Below are positions 45,501 to 58,700 of a DNA stretch of 64,000 nt, in pieces; the stretch's first letter is position 1, and every line of letters starts with the position of its first letter. Below the pieces are notes generated by a model. The model was not told where the DNA came from and ran no database searches. It saw nothing but the letters and a program-made list of their open reading frames with translations. Origin of the DNA: Macrostomum lignano. Its lineage: Eukaryota. The DNA lies in the NCBI GenBank assembly GCA_002269645.1, contig NIVC01001924.1, positions 157,293 to 221,292 of the forward strand, written 5' to 3'. The position numbers and the translations under genes were made by a program.

Positions 45501-48500
45501 TGCTCAGAGGGGATCACGAGTGCTCAGTGGCGATCACGGGTGCTCAGTGGGGATCACGGGTGTTCAGTGGGATCACGGGTGCTCAGAGGGGATCACAGAT
45601 GCTCAGTGGGGATCACGGGTGTTCAGTGGGGATCACGGGTGTTCAGTGGGGATCACGGGTGCTTAGCGGGGATCACAAGTGCTCAGTGGGGATCACGGGT
45701 GCTCAGAGGGGATCACAGATGCTTAGCGGGAATCACGGGTGCTCAGAGGGGATCACGAGTGCTCAGTCGCGATCACGGGTGCTCAGTGGGGATCACGGGT
45801 GTTCAGTGGGATCACGGGTGCTCAGAGGGGATCACAGATGCTCAGTGGGGATCACGGGTGCTCAGTGGGGATCATGGGTAATCAGTGGGAATCACGGGTG
45901 CTCAGAGGGGATCACAGATGCTCAGTGGGGATGATGGGTGCTCAGAGGGGATCACGGGTGCTTAGCGGGGATCACAAGTGCTCAGTGGGGATCACGGGTG
46001 CTCATTGAGGATCACGGGTGCTCATTGAAGATCACGGGTGCTCAGTGGGGATCACGGGTGCTCAGTGGGGATCACGGGTGTTCAGTGGGGATCACGGGTG
46101 CTTAGCAGGGATCACAAGTGCTCAGTGGGGATTACGGGTGCTCAGAGGGGATCACAGATGCTCAGCGGGAATCACGGGTGCTCAGAGGGGATCACGAGTG
46201 CTCAGTGGCGATCACGGGTGCTCAGAGGGGATCACGAGTGCTCAGTGGGGATCACGGGTGCTCAGTGGGGATCACGGGTGTTCAGTGGGATCACGGGTGC
46301 TCAGAGGGGATCACAGATGCTCAGTGGGGATCACGGGTGTTCAGTGGGGATCATGGGTGATCAGTGGGAATCACGGGTGCTCAGAGGGGGTCGTGGCAGA
46401 ATAAGAGGATATTGAACAGGATTCAGAGGGACAAAAAAGGTCAACAAGAACTCACTTAGCATAGTCAATATTAATAGCTTTCCCATCCAGTTCCACAATG
46501 TCCATTTCTCGAGTCATCTGCACCAGCTGCATGGAGTCGGTGACGCTGTCAAACTCAATCAGAGCGCAGCATTTGCTGGACCGGGTGAGGGGATCGCGCA
46601 GGATGCAAGCATTCTTCGGTTTAGCCGATACCATCTGTTCGGCAAAGGCTGCAACTGACTCTTCGGTTGTCAGGGCGTCGAGATTTCTCAGTACGAGCGT
46701 GTTGCAGGGCATGCCAGACGAGACGAGTTCGCTGCCGTCGCTAGCGAGGCTGGCGCAGCTTTCCGCTCTGGAGGCGCCGCACTTGTAGCAGGCCTCGCGC
46801 TTGCGGAAATTGTGACCGTTGCACTGGATGGGGGAGGATGGGAAAGGGGCTGTCGTGACTGTGATGATTTTGTGTCTGGGGCGATTATCAAGTGTCTGGG
46901 TGATTATCAAGTGTCTGGGGTGATTATCAAGTGTCTGGGGTGATTATGAAGTGTCTGGGGTGATTATCAAGTGTCTGGGTGATTATCAAGTGTCTGGGTG
47001 ATTATCAAGTGTCTGGGGTGATTATCAAGTGTCTGGGGTGATTATCAAGTGTCTGGGGTGATTATCAAGTGTCTGGGGTGATTATCAAGTGTCTGGGGGC
47101 GATTATCAAGTGTCTGGGGTGATTATCAAGTGTCTGGGGTGATTATCAAGTGTCTGGGGGCGATTATCAAGTGTCTGGGGTGATTATCAAGTGTCTGGGG
47201 CGATTATCAAGTGTCTAGGGTGATTGTCAATTTTCTGGGGTGATTATCGATGATCATGTATCCCAGAGACAAGTGTCTAGAGTCTGATGACTAATGCCAG
47301 TCTAATGCCAGTGCTAACAATAATTACACGTGACCAATATGATCTATTCTCAGGCATAAAGAGAGACAGAGATATCAAATAAACAGGCCACCAACCCTCA
47401 GGCACATCCAATCGGATCTGGCATCGTCAAGCCGCCTGGACTCGCTCCTAGGCATGCTGTACTGCAGCGACAGTAGCACGTCGCCAAGCTGCAGGCTGCC
47501 CTAAAATGCAGTAGGGAGGAGAGGGAGGGGTAGCAGCGTGTTAGACCAGCCCGAGGGTTAGCAACAGCGACCGAGAAGATCGGGCAGTTATCTCATCATC
47601 TGTGCACTGCTGCTGATTCGGCCAAACCTGATGTCAACTGGAAGCCTTTTTGATTTTAAACTTTATTTTGTTTATTGGAGTTTAATATCTCCAATAAAAT
47701 CATTAGGAAGTAATATAGTAAACCCGCCTAGTGAACAGATCGTCTGATTATGCATAAATAGTCTCCTGCTCTGGTCCTAGACTAAACCTCAATGACCTAA
47801 GGGAGAGAGGAGAGTAGGGGAGAGGGAGATGGAGAGAGGAGAGGGGGAGAGGAAAGGAGAGCGGAGGAGATAAGATAGTGAAAGAGAGATAAGAGAGAGA
47901 AGAGAAGGGAGAAGGAAAAGACACGGGAGGGAGTAGAGGGGAGACCAGGAGAGGAGGGGAAAGGGGAGCAGTGTGCAACAGTACACAAAGAATGAGTCTG
48001 CACTGAGAACAACAGTACACAAAGAATGAGTCTGCACTGAGAACAACAGTACACAAAGAATGAGTCTGCACAGAGAACAAGCGTACACAAAGAATGAGTC
48101 TGCACAGAGAACAACCGTACACAAAGAATGAGTCTGCACTGAGAACAACCGTACACAAAGAATGAGTCTGCACTGAGAACAACAGTACACAAAGAATGAG
48201 TCTGCACTGAGAACAACCGTACACAAAGAATGAGTCTGCACTGAGAACAACCGTACACAAAGAATGAGTCTGCACTGAGAACAACCGTACACAAAGAATG
48301 AGTCTGCACTGAGAACAACCGTACACAAAGAATGAGTCTGCACTGAGAACAACCGTACACAAAGAATGAGTCTGCACTGAGAACAACCGTACACAAAGAA
48401 TGAGTCTGCACTGAGAACAACAGTACACAAAGAATGAGTCTGCACTGAGAACAACCGTACACAAAGAATGAGTCTGCACTGAGAACAACCGTACACAAAG

Positions 48501-51500
48501 AATGAGTCTGCACTGAGAACAACCGTACACAAAGAATGAGTCTGCACTGAGAACAACCGTACACAAAGAATGAGTCTGCACTGAGAACAACCGTACACAA
48601 AGAATGAGTCTGCACTGAGAACAACAGTACACAAAGAATGAGTCTGCACTGAGAACAACCGTACACAAAGAATGAGTCTGCACAAAGAACAACCGTACAC
48701 AAAGAATGAGTCTGCACTGAGAACAACCGTACACAAAGAATGAGTCTGCACTGAGAACAGGACAGCAGCAGAGGTGGAGTTGAATCTGAAGAGCAGCAGC
48801 CGGGCTCAGTGCCGCGATCCCATTGGGACGCGAGGATCCCCCACCCCGCAGTCCCAGCCGGAGTTACCGCACCGAGCTACCACAAAAACTGGCACACAAA
48901 AATCTGAAAGCTCCGCTCGCATCTTAGCCGGTGTCGCCAGCAGAACCGACGCGCCGCCGGAGTGACGACTTTTTGTTTATACCCAGTGGGAAATTCTGGT
49001 ACGCCCAAGGGTGCGCAGACCGCGGCGCCCGGTGGCCTGTGGCCGGTAGCGGGGCGCACTCTTTGTCCAGTCGGGGCGCCGGCCTTATACCCGGCGCCCG
49101 GTGGACTGCCCAATAAATTAAGGCAAGAATTGGTTTACTCTACTAACAGTAGTATGCAGGGCTTTTACTGATATATTTTGCTCTGGCAGCAGCCTAGCTT
49201 TCTGGTTGTTTCAAAATTGAATTTATTTCCAAATAATTTTCAGAGCTATCTGATTTTTTTAAGCAATTGTCTCTTCCATTATAAATTTAAACAACCTTGC
49301 TGCTACCTGCTTACGAAGTTTGCCTTTTGTAAATTTTTTTGCAGTTCTTTAGAAAATTAGTTTGAGTCTATGAATGAAATCGAATAAGAAACTTAAATGT
49401 AATGAAATTTGAATTTATTTAGCGAAGTTAAATGGAACTGATATTAAAACACAATATTAGAACGAAAAATAGTTAAGTTTTTGGCAACAAAGGTGTTGAA
49501 AGAATGTCAGTTTTAAAATCATTTTGACAGCATTTACTCGTAAAATACGTGCTCTCATAATTAGAAGATTTTAAATTGTCCATCATCCAGCTCTCGCTGA
49601 TCTTCGGACCAGTTTGATCCACTTGATTCGGTTTCGTCATCAGATTCGAGAGAGCAGTCAGTGCGGTAGTTGGTTTTTGACTTTGCTGAACGGGGGCGAT
49701 GGTTGTTCCGCTTTCGAGGCTGAGAATCCAACTGAATACTCGCTCGCTTTCTGGATTGGGAGCTCGGCTTTGCTGTCGCCGCTGGCGGCACTTCTCCCGC
49801 TGATAGTCGCGATGGTGTCTGTGACATTGGAAAGAAAACAAAAAATTACTGCATGCACATTTTATCTTACTGATAGTAGTATTTAATGCTTAGCAATCAT
49901 AGTATTCATCGTTCATTATTCAGTTTAGATACGTTTTTACTCACTAGGGAAAAAGAAGATGAATGGCTGTGTCTTTGCACGGCGCTGCCAGAAGCGGGAC
50001 TTTGAGTCGCTGCCACCAAAGACCGTCTTTGCACGGCGCTGCCAGAAGCGGGACTTTGAGTCGCTGCCACCAGAGATCGTCTTTGCACAGCGCTGCCAGA
50101 AGCGGGACTTTGAGTCGCTGCCACCAAAGACCGTCTTTGCACGGCGCTGCCAGAAGCGGGGCTTGGAGTCGCTGCCACCAGAGACTGTCTTTTTACGGCG
50201 CTGCCAGAAGCGGGGCTTGGAGTCGCTGCCACCAGAGACTGTCTTTGTACGGCGCTGCCAGAAGCGGGACTTTGAGTCGCTGCCACCAGAGACTGTCTTT
50301 GTACGGCGCTGCCAGAAGCGGGGCTTGGAGTCGCTGCCACCAGAGACTGTCTTTGTACGGCGCTGCCAGAAGCGGGGCTTGGAGTCGCTGCCACCAGAGA
50401 CTGTCTTTGTACGGCGCTGCCAGAAGCGGGACTTTGAGTCGCTGCCACCAGAGACTGTCTTTGTACGGCGCTGCCAGAAGCGGGGCTTGGAGTCGCTGCC
50501 ACCAGAGACTGTCTTTGTACGGCGCTGTCAGAAGCGGGGCTTTGAGTCTGGACTCCGGAAAGCAGCTGGCTTCCTGTGCGATGCGACCGCCCCTTTAATC
50601 GGTCACCGCCATGCTTTAGCTGCTGTCTGCAAGTATTTCTTACAGATTGTTCAGAGGGCCTGCCGGCTTCAGCGGTCGCGCCATAGATGAATGTGATTGC
50701 TTCTGTTAGGAAAAAAGTTGAAAGTTACTATGAATAGCATGCACTGTGCTCGACTAATTTCTTGATATTTAGCTCTAAAAGTCTCATTGAACGTTGATTA
50801 AGTAGACTTACTTTGGAAATGGCTGAGCAGAGTGCTCTGAAATCCAAGCTGCGCATCAGTAAGGTTGGTCGCAACTCCAGCAGCAACAGCTCGGCTTCGC
50901 ATGTCTGACCCGATTAAATTAATAACCGCCTGCATCTCTTTCGACAAGCTCTCGTTAAGCATTGCCATTAAAGCATCGGACCACTTGTCTCGCTTGCATG
51001 AACGTAGCAGGCTCTTCTGTTTAGATTTTTACAGGTGAGAATACTTATAGATTATTATTTCAGTGATAGTACTAGTGCGCTTTGAGTAGTAGTTAGAGCA
51101 TTTCTTCTAATGAAAAGAAAATAAAAAACTCTGTCATGAACTTACCAAAGTAGAAATATGTTCATTTGGACTGGAAGCGAATTGCACATATTTTTCCCAG
51201 GAGTTGATCGGCCAGAATGAAGGCTCAGAATTATCAGTTGGAATGTCAGCGCCAACAGGTTCCAAAAAGCGTAGCACGCTCTGCACTTCAGTGCGCATTG
51301 CGGTGATTTGTTTGGTCAAACTATTTTCTAATGCTTTCAATTCATTCTTGCGCATAGTAAGTTCGCGTAGGGCATATAAGGACAGAAACTTGATGCCTCT
51401 TGGACTTTCCAGCTCAAAGCTAACACCGGCTTGGATCTGCTCTTCTAGTTTTCTAAGAAAGCCAGAACCAAAATTAAAAGATGAAATGGTGGGAGGCGAC

Positions 51501-54500
51501 TTAGGAATCGTCGATCGATCATCTGCTACGAACTCAGCTTCTATTTCAGCTTCCGCCTCAGCTTCCACCTCAGCTCCCATCTCAGCTTCCACCTCAGCTT
51601 CCGCCTCAGCTTCCGCCTCAGCTCCCATCTCAGCTTCCACCTCAGCTCCGATCTCAGCTTCCACCTCATCTTCCGCTTCAGCTTCCGCCTCAGCTTCCAC
51701 TTCAGCTTCCGCCTCAGCTTCCACTTCAGCTTCCGCCTCAGCTTCCGCCTCAGCTTCCATATCGGCGTCTACGCCAGCTTCTGCTTCATCATCACTAATA
51801 GGAGGCATTGGCGCTAACTGTGCAATCGTAGGCGGATGTTGTTTAGGCAGCAAAGCTGGAGGTTGCAAACAGCGGCTGCTCTTATCTTCGAAGATTGCCT
51901 CGGAATCGGTGGCTGAGCCGTCTGACAGATTCTGTTTGGGATGGTTACGGCATGAGAAATTATCAAGTTAATGTCAGTTTTAAAGATTATTTTCACATTT
52001 AATTTCTTCCCTTTTCTTAAAAAATAGTTTAAAAGGTAAAACGGAGAAAACAAAGTTCTCGATAAAAATTATATGGGCTGTGCTTAATTTTACCTTAGTC
52101 TGGTAATGCCTTCGTGCTTTCTTCATGTCACGCTCCTGAAAGACTCTGGGTTGAACCAACTCGAGAATTCGGTTCAGTCGGGTCTTTTTGGCCACCAATT
52201 CACGCACAAAGCGGAAGCTCCCAGGCTCTAGGTTGTTGCTTAGTATTACCTTTAAATTAATGAGAAAATATGAGCGTACAAATATTAGATCGATTCAAGA
52301 ATTTTAACATTTCAATCGTTGGGATCGGTTGCTTACCTGAATAATTAGAGCAGAGTAAAAACAGCCTTCATACAAGGCTTCACACTTCCACTTCTCAGTG
52401 GAGTCCCTCTTTTCTAACCATTCCTCTTCCTTAAGGTTTTGAAAGCCTTCAGGAAGCTTCACTTCGCTTTCCGAGACCTCAACAATTTGACGGTCGTCTT
52501 TAAAGATCACTAAAAACTTCATTGTAGCATGCAGACTAGACTATGCTAGTGCAAAACTGAGTACCAAATAAAGCAAGAGTTTGGAGCTCACACTATAGTT
52601 TATGCTTATTTAATGATTCAGTGGTTTAGGTTGCTTCTAGAAGCAATTGTCTTCTATAGTTCTTCGAATGAAAAAGGCCGCCCTGGCTTTTCCAATTTCA
52701 TTGGCCCTACCGTCCCCGCATCCATACCTGTCCAATCAGCGCGCACAAACCCCCAAAGGAATAGTTTTCAATTCTTCCCAGCTTTTGTTCATATCCTTTC
52801 TTTAATACGAAATAAGCAATCGTAGTAATTACTTTATTATTATTACAACAGTCAACTATCATCAAAGTCTGATTCGGACGAAAACAATGACAAGGCAATT
52901 GAGGCGACAAGCAAATAAGGATTTGCTGGGCTTGTTCATGGAAGGAGAACAAGAAGCTTTGGAAGACATCGCACTGCAAGAGAAAAAAAGAAAAGTATTC
53001 GAAGCAGATGATTCTGGGAGAGTCGCCGGTTTCATCGCTTCGGAGTCCTCTGTAGCAGAAGTCAATGAAGGTACGGATCCAGATCTTGACAACGACAATG
53101 GCAGCTATCCTGATTTTGACGAGTTCGCGCGAGTTTGCAGCGATGAAGATGAGGAGATTGACAAGAAAGAGGATGACCGCTCTTTAGAAGATAAAATATT
53201 CGCCTTGCTGGTAGTCTACTTTTCTTGTTTCAACCTAAGTCGTGGATCTAAAAAATTCCTTGTTGATGGTCTAAGAGACATAGGCTTGCCTGCGCCGAAG
53301 TCTGTCAACTCTATTGAGGCCGTCATCAATGCTGGCGATCCAACGGAAAAATTGGAGCCCATGGGAAAAGGCCATTTTCGCTACATTTCGATTCTGAAAA
53401 ATCTAGAACTAATGTTTCGCAAAAACCAGCTGCACATGAAGCCAGAATATCTACAACACGATAGTGAAACTGAGAAGGTTTACAAAATTGAAGCCATCGT
53501 TAATTTTGACGGCTTGCCTTTGTACCGAGCAAGCCACTTCGGTCTTTGGCCCATACTTATGTCTATTCCCAGCATATTCAGCAGACCTTTTCCAGTAGCC
53601 GTATGGGCTGGTTGTGGCAAGCCACCTCTGAATGATTATCTTCGACAATTTTGCGACGAGGCTAAACGTTTTCTTACGGGTCCAATAAAAATTATCGAAA
53701 ATTTAAGCATCAGCTTCTCGACTATCCGATTTGTTTGCGATGCGCCTGCTCGAGCCTGGGTCTCAGTAACTCAAGGGCACATGTCGTACGTCGGTTGCAT
53801 GTACTGCAGGGCTACTGGACCTTATACCGACAACAGAGTAACATTTTCAACGAGCGTCGGGGAGTCTCGTAGCAGCCAACAATACCGAGAGGGAAAGGAG
53901 TCTAACCAGGAAAATAAAAAAATCGCTCTATCGCCCCTTCTAAATTTGCCTAACATTAGTTTTGTCGATGCTTTTCCCCCTGACTACCAGCATGCCGTAT
54001 GCCTTGGAGTCACAAGGAAGCTATTTTACCTATTTTTCGACAAATCTAATGGCAAGAAGTGTCTCGTCTATCCCGGTCCGATGAGCCTATTGGGCGACCG
54101 AATTACTATGGCTGCCGGTTGGACACCTTCAAACTTTCAACGAAGACCCCGGAAAATCGACTTGGAACTGAAGCACATGAAGGCTACTGAATTCAGACAG
54201 TACTTGCTGTACCTAGGACCTGTCCTCTTCAAAGGCATTTTAAATGAAGAAAGGTATAACCACTTTCTTTACCTCCATTTCGCCATTTACGCATACTCCA
54301 ACGAAAGGTACTCCAAGTGGTGGACGCAGGCAAAAACTTGCATTGAAGTTTTTGTTGAACGGGCTGCCCACCTTTACGGCCAGAAGTTTATAAGTTTCAA
54401 TCTTCACACTATTCTTCATTTGGATGAGTTTGTCCGAAAGCTAGGCAGTTTAAACAACTTTTCGACTTTCCCTTTCGAAAACTTTCTTGGATCTGTAAAG

Positions 54501-55680
54501 CGCCGCGTAAAGGTGACAAGGCACATGGCAGCGCATTCAGTTAAGCAGGTGCTCAGAGTTCGCGATCTTCTGTTGAATGAGCAGCGAATTCCACCGTTGA
54601 AATTCAGCACAAAGCGAGGTGATAATTGTTGCATAATCGACAAAGTATGCGTCCTAATCGAAGCTGTAAGTGAAGCTAATCAAGTCACTGGCAGGATTTT
54701 ACACCCAGTTGACAACATCTACGCCAACCCATATCCATCTTTGCGTCTGGGAATCGGCTTGTACAGGATGACATCTGGTGTTCTAACTGGCACACCTGAG
54801 CGAAAGTGCTGGATTTTGCCTGCGAATCTGCTTGCCAATCTTGCTGGAGCGGACAGGGATCCAGCAAGCCATTTTTTTGTCATTCCTCTGACAGGTGACT
54901 CCGAGGAGGCCTGATGTAGGACGCGTGAGTCGCAAGTGAGTACTAAAAATATCTTTCTCTGGTTTTTTATATCAATCCGATTTCCTTCTATCTCGATTCT
55001 CGTATTCCCTGTATTCTGCAATTCTGCAATTTCTTCCTGTATATGTTCTCAGCTTCAACACGCAGACATGATTGTAGATTGTGAGTTAAATATTAGTATA
55101 TTACGATGCATACTCGATCGCAACTGCCATTTTATCTTTACTTTTAGGATCCGCAGTTTCACGAGTTTACTACAAGCCTGGCGATCGGTCATTCATGAAC
55201 TGGAGTTATTTTAGAGACTGATTATATTGATTCTATCTTTATTGTTTACATTCTTGAACCCTAGAATTAGGTACAGCTTAAAATTCGGTGTTATAGAGGC
55301 CGGAGGGGTAATTTAGCTCAAAACTGTGTAGGAGGGGTGGAGGGGCCGGAAACTTAGTGGGAGGTGATGCCGCTGTATGTGGCTGAAATGGGGGATTTAT
55401 TTTCTTAAACCCCAGTATACGAGTATGAAATACTAATGGTATTGTATACAGTATTCCTACCTCCAATTCAAGCCAACAGAATTTTTGTAATATTTTACTT
55501 ATCCCATTGATAATAATCAACTAGCTGCACAACTGTAATTTCCATCTGTTACCATCTGGTTTTACTTTTAAGCACATATAAAATGCTATGAATATTTTCT
55601 TTCTTTTGCTGGCACCTATTTTAGGTCAGATCGAATCAATACTTTCCGTATCAAAGTATTTATGTGTTTATGCTAGGTTG

Positions 55681-55735
<55 letters not shown>

Positions 55736-58700
55736 CAGACCTTGTCAAGCCTCGCACGAAATTCGTCTTTGTTCTTCCTTTATCTTTGGTGCAATATGGG
55801 AATAGAAAAAACTTGATGACCTGCACTGATAAGGAGTCAGGACAGTTTGTTTGTTTCGCATAGGTTCGCTTAAGCAGGCAAGAACGGTACAACGTAGAAA
55901 TTCCCATATCACTTCTCTAGCCTTTCTTCTAACCCCCCCCACCCAACTGAAATGAATTGGCCAAAATTAGCTGTCACCTCTAGGTTAAAATAATTCCTTG
56001 CATTGCCCTGTCATTACGGGTTATTGCCACTGGCCAGGAAATTCAAAACATTTTTCTAAGAGCAACTCAAAATGAGTAAGCTTTATACAGGCTATAATTG
56101 ATGAGAGATTTCTGTTAATGAGAGATAAAGCCCACACGGGTTTTATTGATGTCGGGTTGTAAAAGACGATCGCAAATAGAGAACAATATAGCGAGAATAT
56201 TCAAGCTGGCGGACGTGCGCCGAGCTATAATTTTCTGTTAACTCGGGGATTCAGTAAGACTAGAATAATTGAGTGGCAAAAACTGTCATGAGAACGCAAA
56301 GGCACTTTGAAACCTTTATGATTCAGTGGATTTATTCATCCGGAAAAATGACAAGGCGGGGGTTAGATTGTTATTTATTCATGACCTGTCCCATTTGAGC
56401 TCTGACCGCCTCTGAATATGAAAACTGAGAAAATATCTATGTCTATGTATCCCTCCTTATCAAAATGTGACTGAGTGACTGTGCCCTACTCGTAATCGGG
56501 GAGATAAATGAAGGGGAGACAGGGGAGACAGTCTCCTATCTCCAATCTCCCATGTCTCTTATTTGCCATTATGCAGTTAACTGGGCCCGTCATGCATAGC
56601 CTACTGCAGGCTGCAGGGGTCAGCAAACTCCAGCCCACGGGCCACATGCGGCCCGCAGTCTCTCTATCCAGCCCTCGGGTCCTTTCTAACTTCCCATGCC
56701 AATAACAATCCAGCCCGCTCAAGGTTTGCATCTCTTCTCAGCTTTTTTGCTAATTTCTTCTCCTTTTCTCATCAAAATCTCCCCTCTCTCCTCCTTTCCC
56801 CTCTTTCCTTGCTCCCAGTGGCGCAACCAGGGGGGGGGCGGGGGGGGGGGCGGGGCCCCCCCCTTAGGCGGAGACCCAGAAAAAATTGAAGGGGGGACCA
56901 AGCGAATTTTCGCCAAAAACAGAGCCTCCCCTCCGCCCCCTCCCTCACGGGACTTTACCTTCCAGAATCCGCCCCCCCCTCAAAAAATTTCTGGTTGCCC
57001 TACTGCTTGCTCCCTTCCTCTGACATCTCTCCTTTCGCCTCTCTCCTCTCTCCCTTTATCTCCCTTCTTTCTCTCATCTCGCCTCTCTCCTCTCTTCCCT
57101 CCTCTCACATCTCACATCTCTCCCCTCTCCCCTCCACTCTCCTCCTTCTGGCCCGCAGTCTTGAGCTAGATTCTCTATCTGGCACTTAAAGTAAAATAGT
57201 TAGCCAATCCCTCGCAAGGAATTTCGATCATTACAATGAGCAAAAGTTGACATTAACAAAATTTTGGCGGGCGCGTTGTGCCAAGCCTGAACAGCTTCTC
57301 TAGACAGCACTCTGTGCTCTCCAGAATTACTTGAACTGTTAGCAGTGGCGCAAGCAGAATTTCTTATGTGGGGGGGGGCGGATTCTGAAGGGTAAAGACC
57401 CAAGGGGGGCGGAGGGGTGGCTCTGTATTTTGGCAAAAATGCGCTTGGTCCCCCTTTAATACAGCTTGGCAAACCTGATTGATTTTCCGGGATTTCCCCT
57501 GTCCTAGTTGTATTTCTCTAAAATTCTGGAAGATAAATCGAGATTCTAGATAATAGCTGCATCTAAGATTAGTTTGTTTTGCTATCGCATTGTACCGTAC
57601 AATTAATTATTGAAAATTTTAAACCTTTGCTGGCATACGCATATGTTATCTTTGACCTTACCTGTTGTTTAATAGGTAAATTATTACTGTATGGAGGTAC
57701 ATGTAGATATAGGCATTTTGACTGTCAACTGTCCACCCCATACAAGCATACGGCTTTCAAATAATTATGCAACCTTGTGCAAGGGTATGCCGCCTACTTA
57801 CATGTAAAACTTTGAAATGAGTATTTATTTACGCCACTATCCAAGGGGGGGGGGCGCGGCCGCGGGAGACCGACAGCGGAGACCGCCACAATTTGCCCGC
57901 CAGACAATTTGCCCGCCAGACAATTTGCCCGCCAGACAATTTGCCCGCCAGACAATTTGCCCGCCAGACAATTTGCCCGCCAGACAATTTGCCCGCCAGA
58001 CAATTTGCCCGCCAGACAATTTGCCGCCAGACAATTTGCCCGCCAGACAATTTGCCCGCCAGACAATTTGCCCGCCAGACAATTTGCCCGCCAGACAATT
58101 TGCCCGCCAGACAATTTGCCCGCCAGACAATTTGCCCGCCAGACAATTTGCCCGCCAGACAATTTGCCCGCCAGACAATTTGCCCGCCAGACAATTTGCC
58201 CGCCAGACAATTTGCCCGCCAGACAATTTGCCCGCCAGACAATTTGCCCGCCAGACAATTTGCCCGCCAGACAATTTGCCCGCCAGACAATTTGCCCGCC
58301 AGACAATTTGCCCGCCAGACAATTTGCCCGCCAGACAATTTGCCCGCCAGACAATTTGCCCGCCAGACAATTTGCCCGCCAGACAATTTGCCCGCCAGAC
58401 AATTTGCCCGCCAGACAATTTGCCCGCCAGACAATTTGCCCGCCAGACAATTTGCCCGCCAGACAATTTGCCCGCCAGACAATTTGCCCGCCAGACAATT
58501 TGCCCGCCAGACAATTTGCCCGCCAGACAATTTGCCCGCCAGACAATTTGCCCGCCAGACAATTTGCCCGCCAGACAATTTGCCCGCCAGACAATTTGCC
58601 CGCCAGACAATTTGCCCGCCAGACAATTTGCCCGCCAGACAATTTGCCCGCCAGACAATTTGCCCGCCAGACAATTTGCCCGCCAGACAATTTGCCCGCC

